Shown here: in pieces, positions 1-9,034 of the stretch
Layout: the number at the start of each line of letters is the position of its first letter
Numbering within the stretch: position 1 is the stretch's first letter
Assembly: GCA_944386755.1 (NCBI GenBank)
Contig: CALXCF010000002.1
Location: 8,587 to 72,586 of the forward strand
Length of the DNA stretch: 64,000 bases
Direction of reading: 5' to 3'
From: an uncultured Clostridia bacterium
GTDB lineage: Bacteria > Bacillota > Clostridia > TANB77 > CAG-508
Program-made: the position numbers and the translations under genes
Notes under the pieces: model-generated
Databases searched by the model: none
The model's input: only the letters and a program-made list of their open reading frames with translations
What the model was told of the DNA's origin: nothing

Positions 1-71
1 AGATTAAAGAATAGCAAAGGTATAAAAGATGATTTATAATATAGATAAAAGATAGGAAAGGAGAAATTATA

Positions 72-839
72 ATGAGCAATGTATTAGAAGTAAAAAACAT
101 TGAAAAATACTATGGAAACAAATCAAATCTAACAAAAGCAATCGATGGAATAAGTTTCAATATAGAAGAAGGAGAATTTGTAGGAATAATGGGAGCATCA
201 GGCTCTGGAAAAACAACATTATTAAATTGTATTTCAACAATAGACAGAGTAACAGCAGGAAAAATCATTATAAATAACCAAGACATAACAAAGTTAAAAG
301 GGAATAAACTAAACAAATTTAGGAGAGAAGAATTAGGCTTTATATTCCAAGACTTCAACTTACTTGACACTTTAACTGCTTATGAAAATATTGCTTTAGC
401 ATTAACAATCCAAAAAGTAAATCCTCATGAAATAGATAAAAAAGTAAAAGAGGTAGCAGAAAAATTAGAAATTTCCGATATATTAAATAAATATCCATAT
501 CAAATATCTGGAGGACAAAAACAAAGGGTAGCATCAAGCCGAGCAATTATCACAAATCCTAAAATGGTCTTGGCAGATGAGCCAACAGGAGCATTGGACT
601 CAAAATCTGCAAGGCAATTATTAGAAACATTTGAACATCTAAACCAAAAATTAGGAGCAACAATTTTAATGGTTACACATGATGCTTTTACCGCAAGTTA
701 TGCAGACAGAATCATATTTATCAAAGATGGAAAGTTATTTAATGAACTTATAAAAGGTGAAGATACAAGAAAACAATTCTTTGAAAAAATAATCGAGGTA
801 CAAACACTTCTTGGAGGTGATTTGAACGATGTTATTTAA
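72..839 (+). CDS. bceA: ABC transporter ATP-binding protein, BceA/VraD-like (peptide-antibiotic sensing/detoxification module)
   Basis: 255 aa; Walker A GASGSGKTT, LSGGQ-like signature (ISGGQKQR), Walker B LADEPTGALD; overlaps the downstream FtsX permease by 11 nt, as in bceAB operons; RBS aggaaaggag upstream. Confidence 0.85.
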   Translation: MSNVLEVKNIEKYYGNKSNLTKAIDGISFNIEEGEFVGIMGASGSGKTTLLNCISTIDRVTAGKIIINNQDITKLKGNKLNKFRREELGFIFQDFNLLDTLTAYENIALALTIQKVNPHEIDKKVKEVAEKLEISDILNKYPYQISGGQKQRVASSRAIITNPKMVLADEPTGALDSKSARQLLETFEHLNQKLGATILMVTHDAFTASYADRIIFIKDGKLFNELIKGEDTRKQFFEKIIEVQTLLGGDLNDVI

Positions 840-2925
840 ACTATCTATAAGAAATATGAAAAAGAGTTTTAAAGATTATGCTATATACTTTTTAACATTA
901 GTATTAGGTGTAGCAATATTCTATATGTTTAACTCTTTAGACAGTCAACAAGCAATGCTTAAAGTATCTGAGTCAACAAGGTCAATGATACAATTAATGG
1001 TACAAATGATTGGAATGATTTCTGTATTTATTGCGATTGTACTTGGATTCTTAATCGTATATGCAAATAACTTCTTAGTAAATAGAAGAAAAAGAGAATT
1101 TGGTATATATATGACATTGGGAATGGGAAGAAGGCAAATATCAACTATCATATTATTAGAAACAATATTAGTAGGAATCTTATCTTTAGTTGTAGGTATT
1201 TTTATAGGTGTATTTGCATCACAGTTTATGTCTATATTAGTAGCAAAACTATTTGAAGCAGATATGACTGAATTTACATTTGTATTTTCAAAAGACGCCT
1301 GTATAAAAACTTGCATATATTTTGCAGTAATGTATTTAGCAGTTATCATATTTAACACACTGACAATTTCAAGATACAAATTAATTAATTTATTAACAGC
1401 TGTAAGAAAAAATGAAAAAATAAAAATGAAAAATCCTATCATATCAATACTTGTATTTATAGCATCAAGCATATTATTAGGATATGCTTATTACTTAGTA
1501 ACAGGTGGAGTGCATGAGCTACAAACAGCTGAAAAACTATTAAAACCAATTTTAATGGGAATAGTAGGAACAGTAGGAATATTCTGGTCTTTATCAGGAT
1601 TTATATTAAGAATTATACAAACAAGAAAAAACATTTACTTAAAAGGAACAAATATGTTTGTATTAAGGCAACTTCATAACAAAATTAATACAAATATAGC
1701 AAGTATGAGTATAATTTGCTTAATGTTATTTATGACGATTAGTGCATTATCTAGTAGCTTATCAATTCAATCAGCATTAGATTCTCAATTAGAAAAATTT
1801 ACACCAGTAGATGTAAACCTATATAAACCAGCATATTTACCAGAAAGCTATGTGAACTCATATACAGAGCAAACTATATATTACACAGAAGAACAAAAGG
1901 AAGATTCAAAGAAACCAGTAAGCTATACACTTGAAACAAATGGATATGATATGAATAATTTGAAAGACATTATAGAAATTCCTATTTATGCGTTACCAGA
2001 ATGGACAATGAAAGATAGTTTGGGAGATTATTATGAAGCCACAAAAAGTCAGTATCCAATGCTTAGTTATGAGATGTCTGAACCTATTATAAAACTTTCA
2101 GACTATAATAAGATAGCGGAGCTTTATGGAGAAGAACAATTCACATTAAATGATGATGAATATATTGTATTATGCAATTATGAGCAAATGAGAAATATAA
2201 GAAATCAAACACTGAGTACAAATTCAAATATAGAAATAAACGGAAAAACATACCATTCAAAATATAATGAGTGCAAAGATGGCTTTGTATATATGGCAAC
2301 AACTGAAATAAATGCAGGAATTATACTAGTATCAGACAATTTTGAAATAGAAAATGAATATACAGAACAATACCTTTTAGTTGCAAATTACAATGCAGAA
2401 ACAGAAGAAGAAAAACAAGAAATAGAAGAAACATTAATAGGCAGTGGAAATACAGAATTTTTTGAAAATATTAAAGAAAAAGGCATAAACCTTGATGGCT
2501 CTTCAAAAATCAGTATTGTAGAATCTAGCAAAGGATTGGCAACAATTATAATATTTATTGCAATTTATTTAGGAATTATATTCTTAATTGCAAGTTCAGC
2601 AATCTTAGCATTAAAACAACTTACAGAAAGTTCTGATAACAAACAAAGATATACAATATTAAGAAAAATTGGTTGTGATGAAAAGATGATAAACCAAGCC
2701 TTATTTAGACAAATATTTATTTTCTTTATGATGCCTTTAATACTTGCAATGATACATTCAATATTTGGAATTAAATTTATATTATCAATGTTAGAAGTAT
2801 TAGCATCACCAGATGAACTACTACCTTCAATTATAGTTACAGCATTAATTATTGGTGTGATTTATGGAGTATATTTCTTGGCAACCTATCTAGGTAGTAA
2901 AAATATTATTAAAGAGGAGGAATAA
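829..2925 (+). CDS. bceB: FtsX-family ABC permease, BceB-like (about 10 TM helices with a large extracellular domain between TM7 and TM8)
   Basis: 698 aa; hydrophobic N-terminal TM cluster, about 230-aa hydrophilic insert, C-terminal TM cluster; translationally coupled to the BceA-like ATPase. Confidence 0.8.
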   Translation: MLFKLSIRNMKKSFKDYAIYFLTLVLGVAIFYMFNSLDSQQAMLKVSESTRSMIQLMVQMIGMISVFIAIVLGFLIVYANNFLVNRRKREFGIYMTLGMGRRQISTIILLETILVGILSLVVGIFIGVFASQFMSILVAKLFEADMTEFTFVFSKDACIKTCIYFAVMYLAVIIFNTLTISRYKLINLLTAVRKNEKIKMKNPIISILVFIASSILLGYAYYLVTGGVHELQTAEKLLKPILMGIVGTVGIFWSLSGFILRIIQTRKNIYLKGTNMFVLRQLHNKINTNIASMSIICLMLFMTISALSSSLSIQSALDSQLEKFTPVDVNLYKPAYLPESYVNSYTEQTIYYTEEQKEDSKKPVSYTLETNGYDMNNLKDIIEIPIYALPEWTMKDSLGDYYEATKSQYPMLSYEMSEPIIKLSDYNKIAELYGEEQFTLNDDEYIVLCNYEQMRNIRNQTLSTNSNIEINGKTYHSKYNECKDGFVYMATTEINAGIILVSDNFEIENEYTEQYLLVANYNAETEEEKQEIEETLIGSGNTEFFENIKEKGINLDGSSKISIVESSKGLATIIIFIAIYLGIIFLIASSAILALKQLTESSDNKQRYTILRKIGCDEKMINQALFRQIFIFFMMPLILAMIHSIFGIKFILSMLEVLASPDELLPSIIVTALIIGVIYGVYFLATYLGSKNIIKEEE

Positions 2926-2927
2926 AA

Positions 2928-3281
2928 ATGGAAGAATTTAAAGAAAAATTACCAATAATTATTACGGTAATCATTGTAATAGCCTTGCTGGTTGGAGCAT
3001 ATTACTTTTTGGTAGTACACAAAGACTTGTATTATACTCAAATAGATAATACTAAAATAGAAGAAATTTCTGGAACAGATGATATGAAATATCAATACAC
3101 ATTAACAGCGTATAACAAAAATGGAAAAGAAAAAGAAATACAATTTAAAACCAGTAGAGAATTAAGAGAAGGAGCATATTTAGAATTAGATATAATGCAA
3201 ATGAGAGGAGTAATAAACTGGAGAGAAGTACAAATAGAAGAACTTCCAGATGATGTGAAAACAGCAATGAATATTGAATAA
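2928..3281 (+). CDS. DUF1093/YxeA-family small membrane-anchored protein (common BceAB-associated partner)
   Basis: 117 aa; N-terminal TM helix; starts 3 nt after the bceB stop; YxeA-like sequence. Confidence 0.6.
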   Translation: MEEFKEKLPIIITVIIVIALLVGAYYFLVVHKDLYYTQIDNTKIEEISGTDDMKYQYTLTAYNKNGKEKEIQFKTSRELREGAYLELDIMQMRGVINWREVQIEELPDDVKTAMNIE

Positions 3282-3319
3282 TTTTGAAAAAATAATGTAA
3301 AAAGAAATGTGGTGATAAA

Positions 3320-4019
3320 ATGAAAAAGTTATTTAAAGTATTAATTTTCTTATTACTAATCGGAATTAGTATAGCTTTATTATTTGTAAATAATGGATAT
3401 AATATGTATAAAGAGGCAATAGAGAAAACATCTCTTAAAGAAAAAGTTGCAGAAATAAGAGTAAAAGAAAATTATGCGGAATTTTCAGAATTACCACAGA
3501 TGTACGTAAATGCAGTAATCAGTGTAGAAGATAAAAGATTTTACAAACATAATGGGATAGATGTGTTAGCAATAGGTAGAGCAGCCATAAATGATATAAA
3601 GGCAATGAGTTATGTAGAAGGTGGAAGCACCATAACACAACAATTAGCAAAGAATATGTATTTTACACAAGAAAAGAAAATGGAAAGAAAGATTGCAGAA
3701 GTATTTATGGCTTGGAAGATAGAAGACAATTATTCAAAAGAAGAAATATTTGAATTATATGTAAATAACATTTTCTTTGGAGATGGCTACTATACAGTAA
3801 AAGAGGCTGCTAGACGGATATTTTAATAAAGAACTAAATGAGATGACAGATTACGAATGTATATTACTTGCAGGAATTCCCAATGCTCCTTCAGTCTATG
3901 CACCAACTAAAAATCCAGATTTAGCAGAACAAAGGCAAAGACAAGTGATGGAGAAAATGATTGAAAACGAATATTTAACAGAAGTTGAAGCAAATGAAAT
4001 ATTAAAACAAGCAAAATAA
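3320..4019 (+). pseudogene. Monofunctional peptidoglycan glycosyltransferase (GT51), interrupted by a +1 frameshift in a T4 run near 3823-3826
   Basis: N-terminal 168 aa (signal/TM, EDKRFYKHNGID, GGSTITQQLAKN motifs) ends ...AARRIF*; the next frame continues NKELNEMTDYECILLAGIPNAPSVYAPTKNPDLAEQRQ... to 4019; one extra T restores a single ORF. Confidence 0.7.
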
Positions 4020-4092
4020 TAGTAAAGTTGTAGAATAATTTTCTTATTTATGATATTATTTAATAAAATATTTTTAACTTGGAGGAAACAGA

Positions 4093-4338
4093 ATGAATAT
4101 AGAAGAAACAATAAGAAATACGAACGAAGAAAATGAATCTAAAATTGATTGGACAAATGCTTGGAGCAAAAAATATCCAGTATTAGCAACATACCAACAA
4201 AAAGTAAATGTATCTGAATATTCATCAATAATTAGACAAATGCTAGATAGTTTAGCTAATGATTATGGATATAGCGAATTAGATAGCATGTTAGTCTTAA
4301 AAGACATACTTTATCACGAATGGAAAGATAAAAAATAG
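4093..4338 (+). CDS. hypothetical protein (81 aa)
   Basis: ORF with RBS ggagg 7 nt upstream; no recognised domain. Confidence 0.4.
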   Translation: MNIEETIRNTNEENESKIDWTNAWSKKYPVLATYQQKVNVSEYSSIIRQMLDSLANDYGYSELDSMLVLKDILYHEWKDKK

Positions 4339-4419
4339 TAATTTATCTCGCAGATTGCAAATTTAAATTTTAAATAAAATGAGTAAATAAATGTATAAAT
4401 TTAATAGGAGGTATATTAC

Positions 4420-4758
4420 ATGAGATTAACAATTAGAAAAATGCAAAAATACTTAAAAGAAAAGTACAAGAGAACAAAACCAGAAGATATGAAAAATACA
4501 CAAAGGTATTTTTTAAAATTAATAGAGGAAGTAGGTGAACTAGCAGAAGCTATAAGGAAAGATCAGAGAATGATAGATAATAATATTAAGGGAACTATAG
4601 AAGAAGAACTGTCAGATGTTTTATACTACGTTTTAATGATTGCAAATACGTATGATATAGATTTAGAAGATTGTTTTAGAACTAAAGAAGAGTTGAATAG
4701 GATTAGATATGGACATACATTAAAAATAGATGATATACAAGAAGATGATGACAAATGA
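4420..4758 (+). CDS. MazG-like nucleotide pyrophosphohydrolase domain protein
   Basis: 112 aa; EEVGELAEAIRK...EEELSDVLYYVLMIAN matches the MazG/NTP-PPase EExxE...ExxD motif pattern; RBS aggagg. Confidence 0.65.
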   Translation: MRLTIRKMQKYLKEKYKRTKPEDMKNTQRYFLKLIEEVGELAEAIRKDQRMIDNNIKGTIEEELSDVLYYVLMIANTYDIDLEDCFRTKEELNRIRYGHTLKIDDIQEDDDK

Positions 4759-4773
4759 TAAAATTATTAAAAA

Positions 4774-4808
4774 ATAAACCATTCTGCTATGCCGAGCTAA
4801 TGGTTTAT
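4774..4808 (+). terminator. Hairpin (10-bp perfect stem ATAAACCATT/AATGGTTTAT, 15-nt loop containing TGCCGAGCT) downstream of the MazG-like gene
   Basis: read directly from the sequence; a sister hairpin with the same loop motif lies at 6687-6730. Confidence 0.4.
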
Positions 4809-4829
4809 TAAAACTATATCTTGGCAAAA

Positions 4830-4891
4830 CCACGTTTGTGGATTTGTCATTTCCTATATTTATTATAGTATATTTATAGATAAAAAGTCAA
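4830..4891 (+). repeat. Copy A of a ~62-bp intergenic repeat (CCACGTTTGTGGATTTGTCATTTCCTATATTTATTATA...AGTCAA)
   Basis: about 80 % identical over ~62 bp to 6751-6812; both copies lie 20-25 nt downstream of a GCCGAG-loop hairpin. Confidence 0.6.
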
Positions 4892-5049
4892 TAAAATATG
4901 CTAAATTTCATATGAAATTGTGTATAAACCAGAGTGACAAATTAGCGAATTATTAGAGTAGCAGTAGTTTGGTAAAATGTTAAAATACATTGCTTGTAGC
5001 AACGAAACTTTTATAATAAAATTTACTTAAAGAAAGGAGTGAATTTTAT

Positions 5050-5574
5050 ATGTTAAAAGATAATTTAAAAACTTTAAGAAAGAATAAAGGACTTTCACAA
5101 GAAGAATTAAGTATTAAATTAAATGTTGTAAGACAAACTGTATCTAAATGGGAACAAGGATTATCTGTTCCAGACGCTGAAATGTTAATATCTATATCGG
5201 AGGTATTTGATACTCCTGTTAGTACAATTTTGGGAGAAAATATTGATGACAAGGAAAAGAATGATTTAAAAGTAATATCAGAAAGATTAGAAGTTATAAA
5301 TGAACAACTATCTATGCAACAAAAACAAAAAAGAAAAAGAACGATAAACTTCTTAATAATTATGGATGTATGCATCATATTACTTTTTATATTATTAGCA
5401 GTATTAGGTAGTCCGTATCAAAATTGGGATTATAATCATCCTGAGTGGGCTGTTATAGGAACTATATGGCAGGCTTTTGAATGGGTATTTTTTAAAATTG
5501 CACCAATTATAGTTATACTAATTACTTCAATATTAGGGATTGTATTTATAAAAAGAAATAAAAGTGAAATATGA
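5050..5574 (+). CDS. XRE-family HTH transcriptional regulator with C-terminal transmembrane segments
   Basis: 174 aa; N-terminal HTH_3 (LSQEELSIKLNVVRQTVSKWEQG), coiled-coil linker, hydrophobic C-terminal helices; RBS aaggag. Confidence 0.75.
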   Translation: MLKDNLKTLRKNKGLSQEELSIKLNVVRQTVSKWEQGLSVPDAEMLISISEVFDTPVSTILGENIDDKEKNDLKVISERLEVINEQLSMQQKQKRKRTINFLIIMDVCIILLFILLAVLGSPYQNWDYNHPEWAVIGTIWQAFEWVFFKIAPIIVILITSILGIVFIKRNKSEI

Positions 5575-5580
5575 AGCTCT

Positions 5581-5626
5581 ACTAATCGTTGATTTCCTCA
5601 CTCAACGATTAGTATGTTTACTTTTT
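5581..5626 (+). terminator. Rho-independent terminator (12-bp perfect stem ACTAATCGTTGA/TCAACGATTAGT, 9-nt loop, T-rich tail)
   Basis: read directly from the sequence, 7 nt after the stop of the 5050-5574 gene. Confidence 0.65.
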
Positions 5627-5671
5627 AGAACAAGGGATTTACAATAGTATAAAAAAAGGAGGTAAGAAAAA

Positions 5672-6277
5672 ATGAATCAAGTAAAAATTGGAAAATTCAT
5701 TGCTCAATGTAGAAAAGAAAAAAATATGACACAAGCAGAACTTGCAGAAAAATTAAATATAACTGATAGAGCAATATCAAAATGGGAAACTGGTAAAGGT
5801 ATGCCTGATTCATCTATAATGCTTGACTTATGTAATGAACTTAATATTAGTGTAAATGAATTGTTAAGTGGGGAAGTGATAGAAATGGAAAATTATGATA
5901 GAAAAGTAGAAGAAAATTTTATTAAATTACAAAAAGAGAAAGAAGATAGTGATAAAAGATTATTGTTTACTGAAACAGTAATTGGTAGTATTATTACTAT
6001 ATCATTTTTACTAATGATATTTTTATCCATTTTTGCTATTGAAAATATTATATGGAAAGTAGTTACAATAACTATTGGTATTATTATTTTTATAATAGGA
6101 ATAGGAAGCTGTCTTTTAATTGAACAAAAAGCAGGATATTATCAATGTGATAATTGCAAATATAAATATATTCCAAGTTATAAACAAGTCTTATTTGCAA
6201 TGCACTCTGGTAGAACGAGATATATGAAATGTCCTAAATGTCATAAAAGAACTTGGAATAAAAAAGTAATTGATTAG
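5672..6277 (+). CDS. XRE-family HTH regulator with two TM helices and a C-terminal CxxC...CxxC zinc-ribbon
   Basis: 201 aa; HTH_3 (MTQAELAEKLNITDRAISKWETG), two hydrophobic helices, C-terminal CDNC...CPKC. Confidence 0.75.
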   Translation: MNQVKIGKFIAQCRKEKNMTQAELAEKLNITDRAISKWETGKGMPDSSIMLDLCNELNISVNELLSGEVIEMENYDRKVEENFIKLQKEKEDSDKRLLFTETVIGSIITISFLLMIFLSIFAIENIIWKVVTITIGIIIFIIGIGSCLLIEQKAGYYQCDNCKYKYIPSYKQVLFAMHSGRTRYMKCPKCHKRTWNKKVID

Positions 6278-6281
6278 AATA
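6170..6281 (+). repeat. 112-bp direct repeat, copy 1 (3' end of the XRE/zinc-ribbon gene); copy 2 at 6864-6975
   Basis: identical 112-bp strings ATTCCAAGTTATAAACAAGTCTTATTTGCAATGCAC...GTAATTGATTAGAATA at both positions. Confidence 0.8.
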
Positions 6282-6668
6282 AAAAGGTGGTTTAAAATAG
6301 TGAAAATAAGTGATTTGAATTCAGAATATGATAAATTACAACAGCAATATGGAGCGAAAGAATTAACATCAATATATAATGGTGGATGTACAAATAATCC
6401 AGATATTTGTTTTGTGTTTATGAATCCAACTGGTAGGAATATTGCTTCTTATCCTAATTGGAAAGGTAGAAAGTCTCCATGGATAGGAACTAAGAATATA
6501 TGGAAATTATTTTATAAAATTGGATTGCTTAATGAAAATATATATGAAGGTGAGGCGTATGGTAGAAATACAAGCATTAATTACAACAATATACATATTA
6601 TTTTTTTCTTTAATAGGTGTAACTATCATTACGTTTGCCTTAATTATTGCTTTAGTAGTAATTATTAG
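6270..6668 (+). pseudogene. Uracil-DNA-glycosylase-superfamily-like gene fragment (degenerate C-terminus)
   Basis: 132 aa; segment GGCTNNPDICFVFMNPTGRN resembles the UDG family-4/5 active-site region; C-terminal third is low-complexity (IIFFFNRCNYHYVCLNYCF), consistent with decay; start codon lies inside the 112-bp duplication. Confidence 0.35.
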
Positions 6669-6686
6669 CAAACAAAAATAACCAAC

Positions 6687-6730
6687 AAAAAACACATCTG
6701 TAAAACTTTGCCGAGTTTGATGTGTTTTTT
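6687..6730 (+). terminator. Hairpin/terminator (12-bp perfect stem AAAAAACACATC/GATGTGTTTTTT, 20-nt loop containing TTGCCGAGTTT, T6 tail)
   Basis: read directly from the sequence; same loop motif as the 4774-4808 hairpin. Confidence 0.5.
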
Positions 6731-6750
6731 GCATATCTAATCGAGGTAAG

Positions 6751-6812
6751 CCACCTTTGTGGTTTCTCCATTTCCTATATTTATTATAAACTATTTATGA
6801 GTAAAGAGTCAA
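6751..6812 (+). repeat. Copy B of the ~62-bp intergenic repeat (CCACCTTTGTGGTTTCTCCATTTCCTATATTTATTATA...AGTCAA)
   Basis: pairs with 4830-4891. Confidence 0.6.
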
Positions 6813-6863
6813 GATATATAATAAAATTTTATAACAACAGAAAAATATAAATTCTCACGACAA

Positions 6864-6975
6864 ATTCCAAGTTATAAACAAGTCTTATTTGCAATGCACT
6901 CTGGTAGAACGAGATATATGAAATGTCCTAAATGTCATAAAAGAACTTGGAATAAAAAAGTAATTGATTAGAATA
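6864..6975 (+). repeat. 112-bp direct repeat, copy 2 (non-coding duplicate of the XRE gene 3' end)
   Basis: identical to 6170-6281. Confidence 0.8.
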
Positions 6976-7046
6976 TTGAAGATATTAAGAACTACTTAAA
7001 ATTGAAAGTGGTTCTTTTCTTAATGTCAAAATTTTTATAAAAAATA

Positions 7047-7075
7047 TTGACATATAATTATAAAGTGTTATAATT
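7047..7075 (+). promoter_or_regulatory. Sigma-A-type promoter (TTGACA, 16-bp spacer, TGnTATAAT extended -10) overlapping an 8-4-8 palindrome AATTATAA-agtg-TTATAATT (candidate GntR/YtrA operator)
   Basis: -35 at 7047-7052, -10 at 7069-7074 with TG at 7066-7067; palindrome 7056-7075; 45 nt upstream of the GntR gene. Confidence 0.55.
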
Positions 7076-7119
7076 GAAACATAACAGACATAACATATAT
7101 AACAGTAAGGAGGGAAAAT

Positions 7120-7497
7120 ATGAATATAATATTAAGTAATAATAGTAATGTACCAATTTATGAACAAATAGAGAATGCCATAAAAGAAGCTATATTTTCC
7201 AATGAATTAAAAGAAGAAGAAATGTTGCCATCAGTGAGAAATTTAGCAAATGATTTAAAAATTAGCTTTTTAACTGTAAAAAGAGCTTATGATGAATTAG
7301 AAAAAGCAGGATTTATAAAAACAGTTCAAGGAAAAGGAAGTTATGTAGCTCCTAAAAACATAGAACTAATTAAAGAAGAAAAGCTAAAGGAAATACAAGA
7401 CTATATTGAGAAAATATATAGTATTTCAAAAATGGCAAATATTCCAGAAGAAGAAGTAAAAGAATTATTTAGAATTATATTTGAGGGGGATTTATAG
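7120..7497 (+). CDS. ytrA: GntR-family (YtrA-subfamily) transcriptional repressor
   Basis: 125 aa; winged HTH LPSVRNLANDLKISFLTVKRAYDELEKAGFI; short YtrA-type C-terminus; followed by ABC ATPase and ABC-2 permease as in ytrA operons. Confidence 0.7.
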   Translation: MNIILSNNSNVPIYEQIENAIKEAIFSNELKEEEMLPSVRNLANDLKISFLTVKRAYDELEKAGFIKTVQGKGSYVAPKNIELIKEEKLKEIQDYIEKIYSISKMANIPEEEVKELFRIIFEGDL

Positions 7498-7498
7498 T

Positions 7499-8356
7499 AT
7501 GGAAAATAGTATTGAATTACAAAATGTTTCAAAAAAGTATAAAGATTTTGAACTTAAAACTATTAGCTTTAATGTACCACAAGGTTGTATAGTAGGACTA
7601 ATTGGAGAAAATGGAGCAGGTAAGACTACTACAATTAAATCTATATTGAATATTACTAAATCAGAAGGAACTATAAAAATATTTGGAAAAGATAGTGTAA
7701 AAAATGAAAAAGAAATAAAAGAAGAAACAGGAGTAGTGTTAGATGATAGTTTTTTATCAGAGTATTTAACTGCAAAACAGGTTAATTCCATCATGAAAGA
7801 ATTTTATAAAACCTGGAATGAAGAAAAGTATATAAGTTTATTGAAACAATTTAATTTACCAACAGACAAATTAATAAAAGACTTTTCAAGTGGTATGAAA
7901 ATGAAGTTAAAAATTGCAACAGCAATATCACATAATCCAAAACTCTTAATATTAGATGAACCAACAAGCGGACTTGACCCAGTTGTAAGAAACGAAATTT
8001 TAGATATATTTAGAAAATATATAGAAGAAGATGAAACCAGGTCTATATTGTTATCAACTCATATAACAACAGATTTAGAACATATATCAGATTATATTGT
8101 ATTTATTGAAAAGGGAAAAATGATATTTAATTTACCAACAGATGAATTACTAGAAAACTATGGAATAATTAAATGTAGCAAAGAAGATTTTACAAGATTG
8201 AACAAAAAAGATTATATCGCTTACAAAAAAGGAAAATATCAATATGAAGTATTAACAAGTAACAAAAACAATATTAGAAATAGATACAATATTACAACCA
8301 TTGATAAACCATCCATTGAAGATATAATGTTACTTTATATTAAGGGGGAAAAATAA
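7499..8356 (+). CDS. ABC transporter ATP-binding protein (YtrB-like)
   Basis: Walker A GENGAGKTT, signature SSGMKMK, Walker B LILDEPTSGLD; ATG at 7499 preceded by gaggggga RBS (the track ORF begins at an upstream TTG). Confidence 0.8.
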   Translation: MENSIELQNVSKKYKDFELKTISFNVPQGCIVGLIGENGAGKTTTIKSILNITKSEGTIKIFGKDSVKNEKEIKEETGVVLDDSFLSEYLTAKQVNSIMKEFYKTWNEEKYISLLKQFNLPTDKLIKDFSSGMKMKLKIATAISHNPKLLILDEPTSGLDPVVRNEILDIFRKYIEEDETRSILLSTHITTDLEHISDYIVFIEKGKMIFNLPTDELLENYGIIKCSKEDFTRLNKKDYIAYKKGKYQYEVLTSNKNNIRNRYNITTIDKPSIEDIMLLYIKGEK

Positions 8357-8358
8357 GT

Positions 8359-9033
8359 ATGATAAAGGGATTATTGAAAAAAGATTTATTTAATTTAGCA
8401 AGTTATAAAACATCATTAATTATAATCATTGTGTTTTGTGGAATTGCAATAATAGGAACAGATGCAATTAACCTTGCACCAACCGTGATTTGTGCAATAG
8501 TTGGGATGATTTCTCTTTCTACATTTAGTTATGATGAAATATCAAAATCTAATAAATATATTTTAACACTACCTACAAATAGAAAAGAAATAGTAAAAGA
8601 AAAATATATTTTAGCAATAGGAGCAACAATATTTGGTGGTTTATTAGGAATACTGCTAACTATACTTGTTGTAAATGTAATGAATTATATAAGACCAGAA
8701 AACATGATAAATCTTGACTATAAAATTTTAATCACAACTGCATTAGGAGGAATATTTTGTATTTCATTATTACAAGCTATACAAATTCCTAGTGTATTTA
8801 AATGGGGTGCTGAAAAGGGAAGAATCCAAATGTTTATTTCTCTATTCATAATAATTGCAGTAATTGGTGGTATATACTTTTTGGTAACAAAGTTTAATAT
8901 TAATATAAATATAGAAATGTTAAGTGATTTTATTAATAAATTTGGATTAATTATTTTAATAGCACTTATGGTTGTTATGTATTTTGTATCTTATAAAATA
9001 GCATATAAAATATATAGAAATAAAGAAGAATAA
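8359..9033 (+). CDS. ABC-2 family membrane permease (6 TM)
   Basis: 224 aa polytopic membrane protein immediately downstream of the ATPase. Confidence 0.65.
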   Translation: MIKGLLKKDLFNLASYKTSLIIIIVFCGIAIIGTDAINLAPTVICAIVGMISLSTFSYDEISKSNKYILTLPTNRKEIVKEKYILAIGATIFGGLLGILLTILVVNVMNYIRPENMINLDYKILITTALGGIFCISLLQAIQIPSVFKWGAEKGRIQMFISLFIIIAVIGGIYFLVTKFNININIEMLSDFINKFGLIILIALMVVMYFVSYKIAYKIYRNKEE

Positions 9034-9034
9034 G

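Noticed and set aside
945-1472. 175-aa minus-strand ORF inside bceB
   Set aside because: Antisense to the FtsX permease, with no signal.
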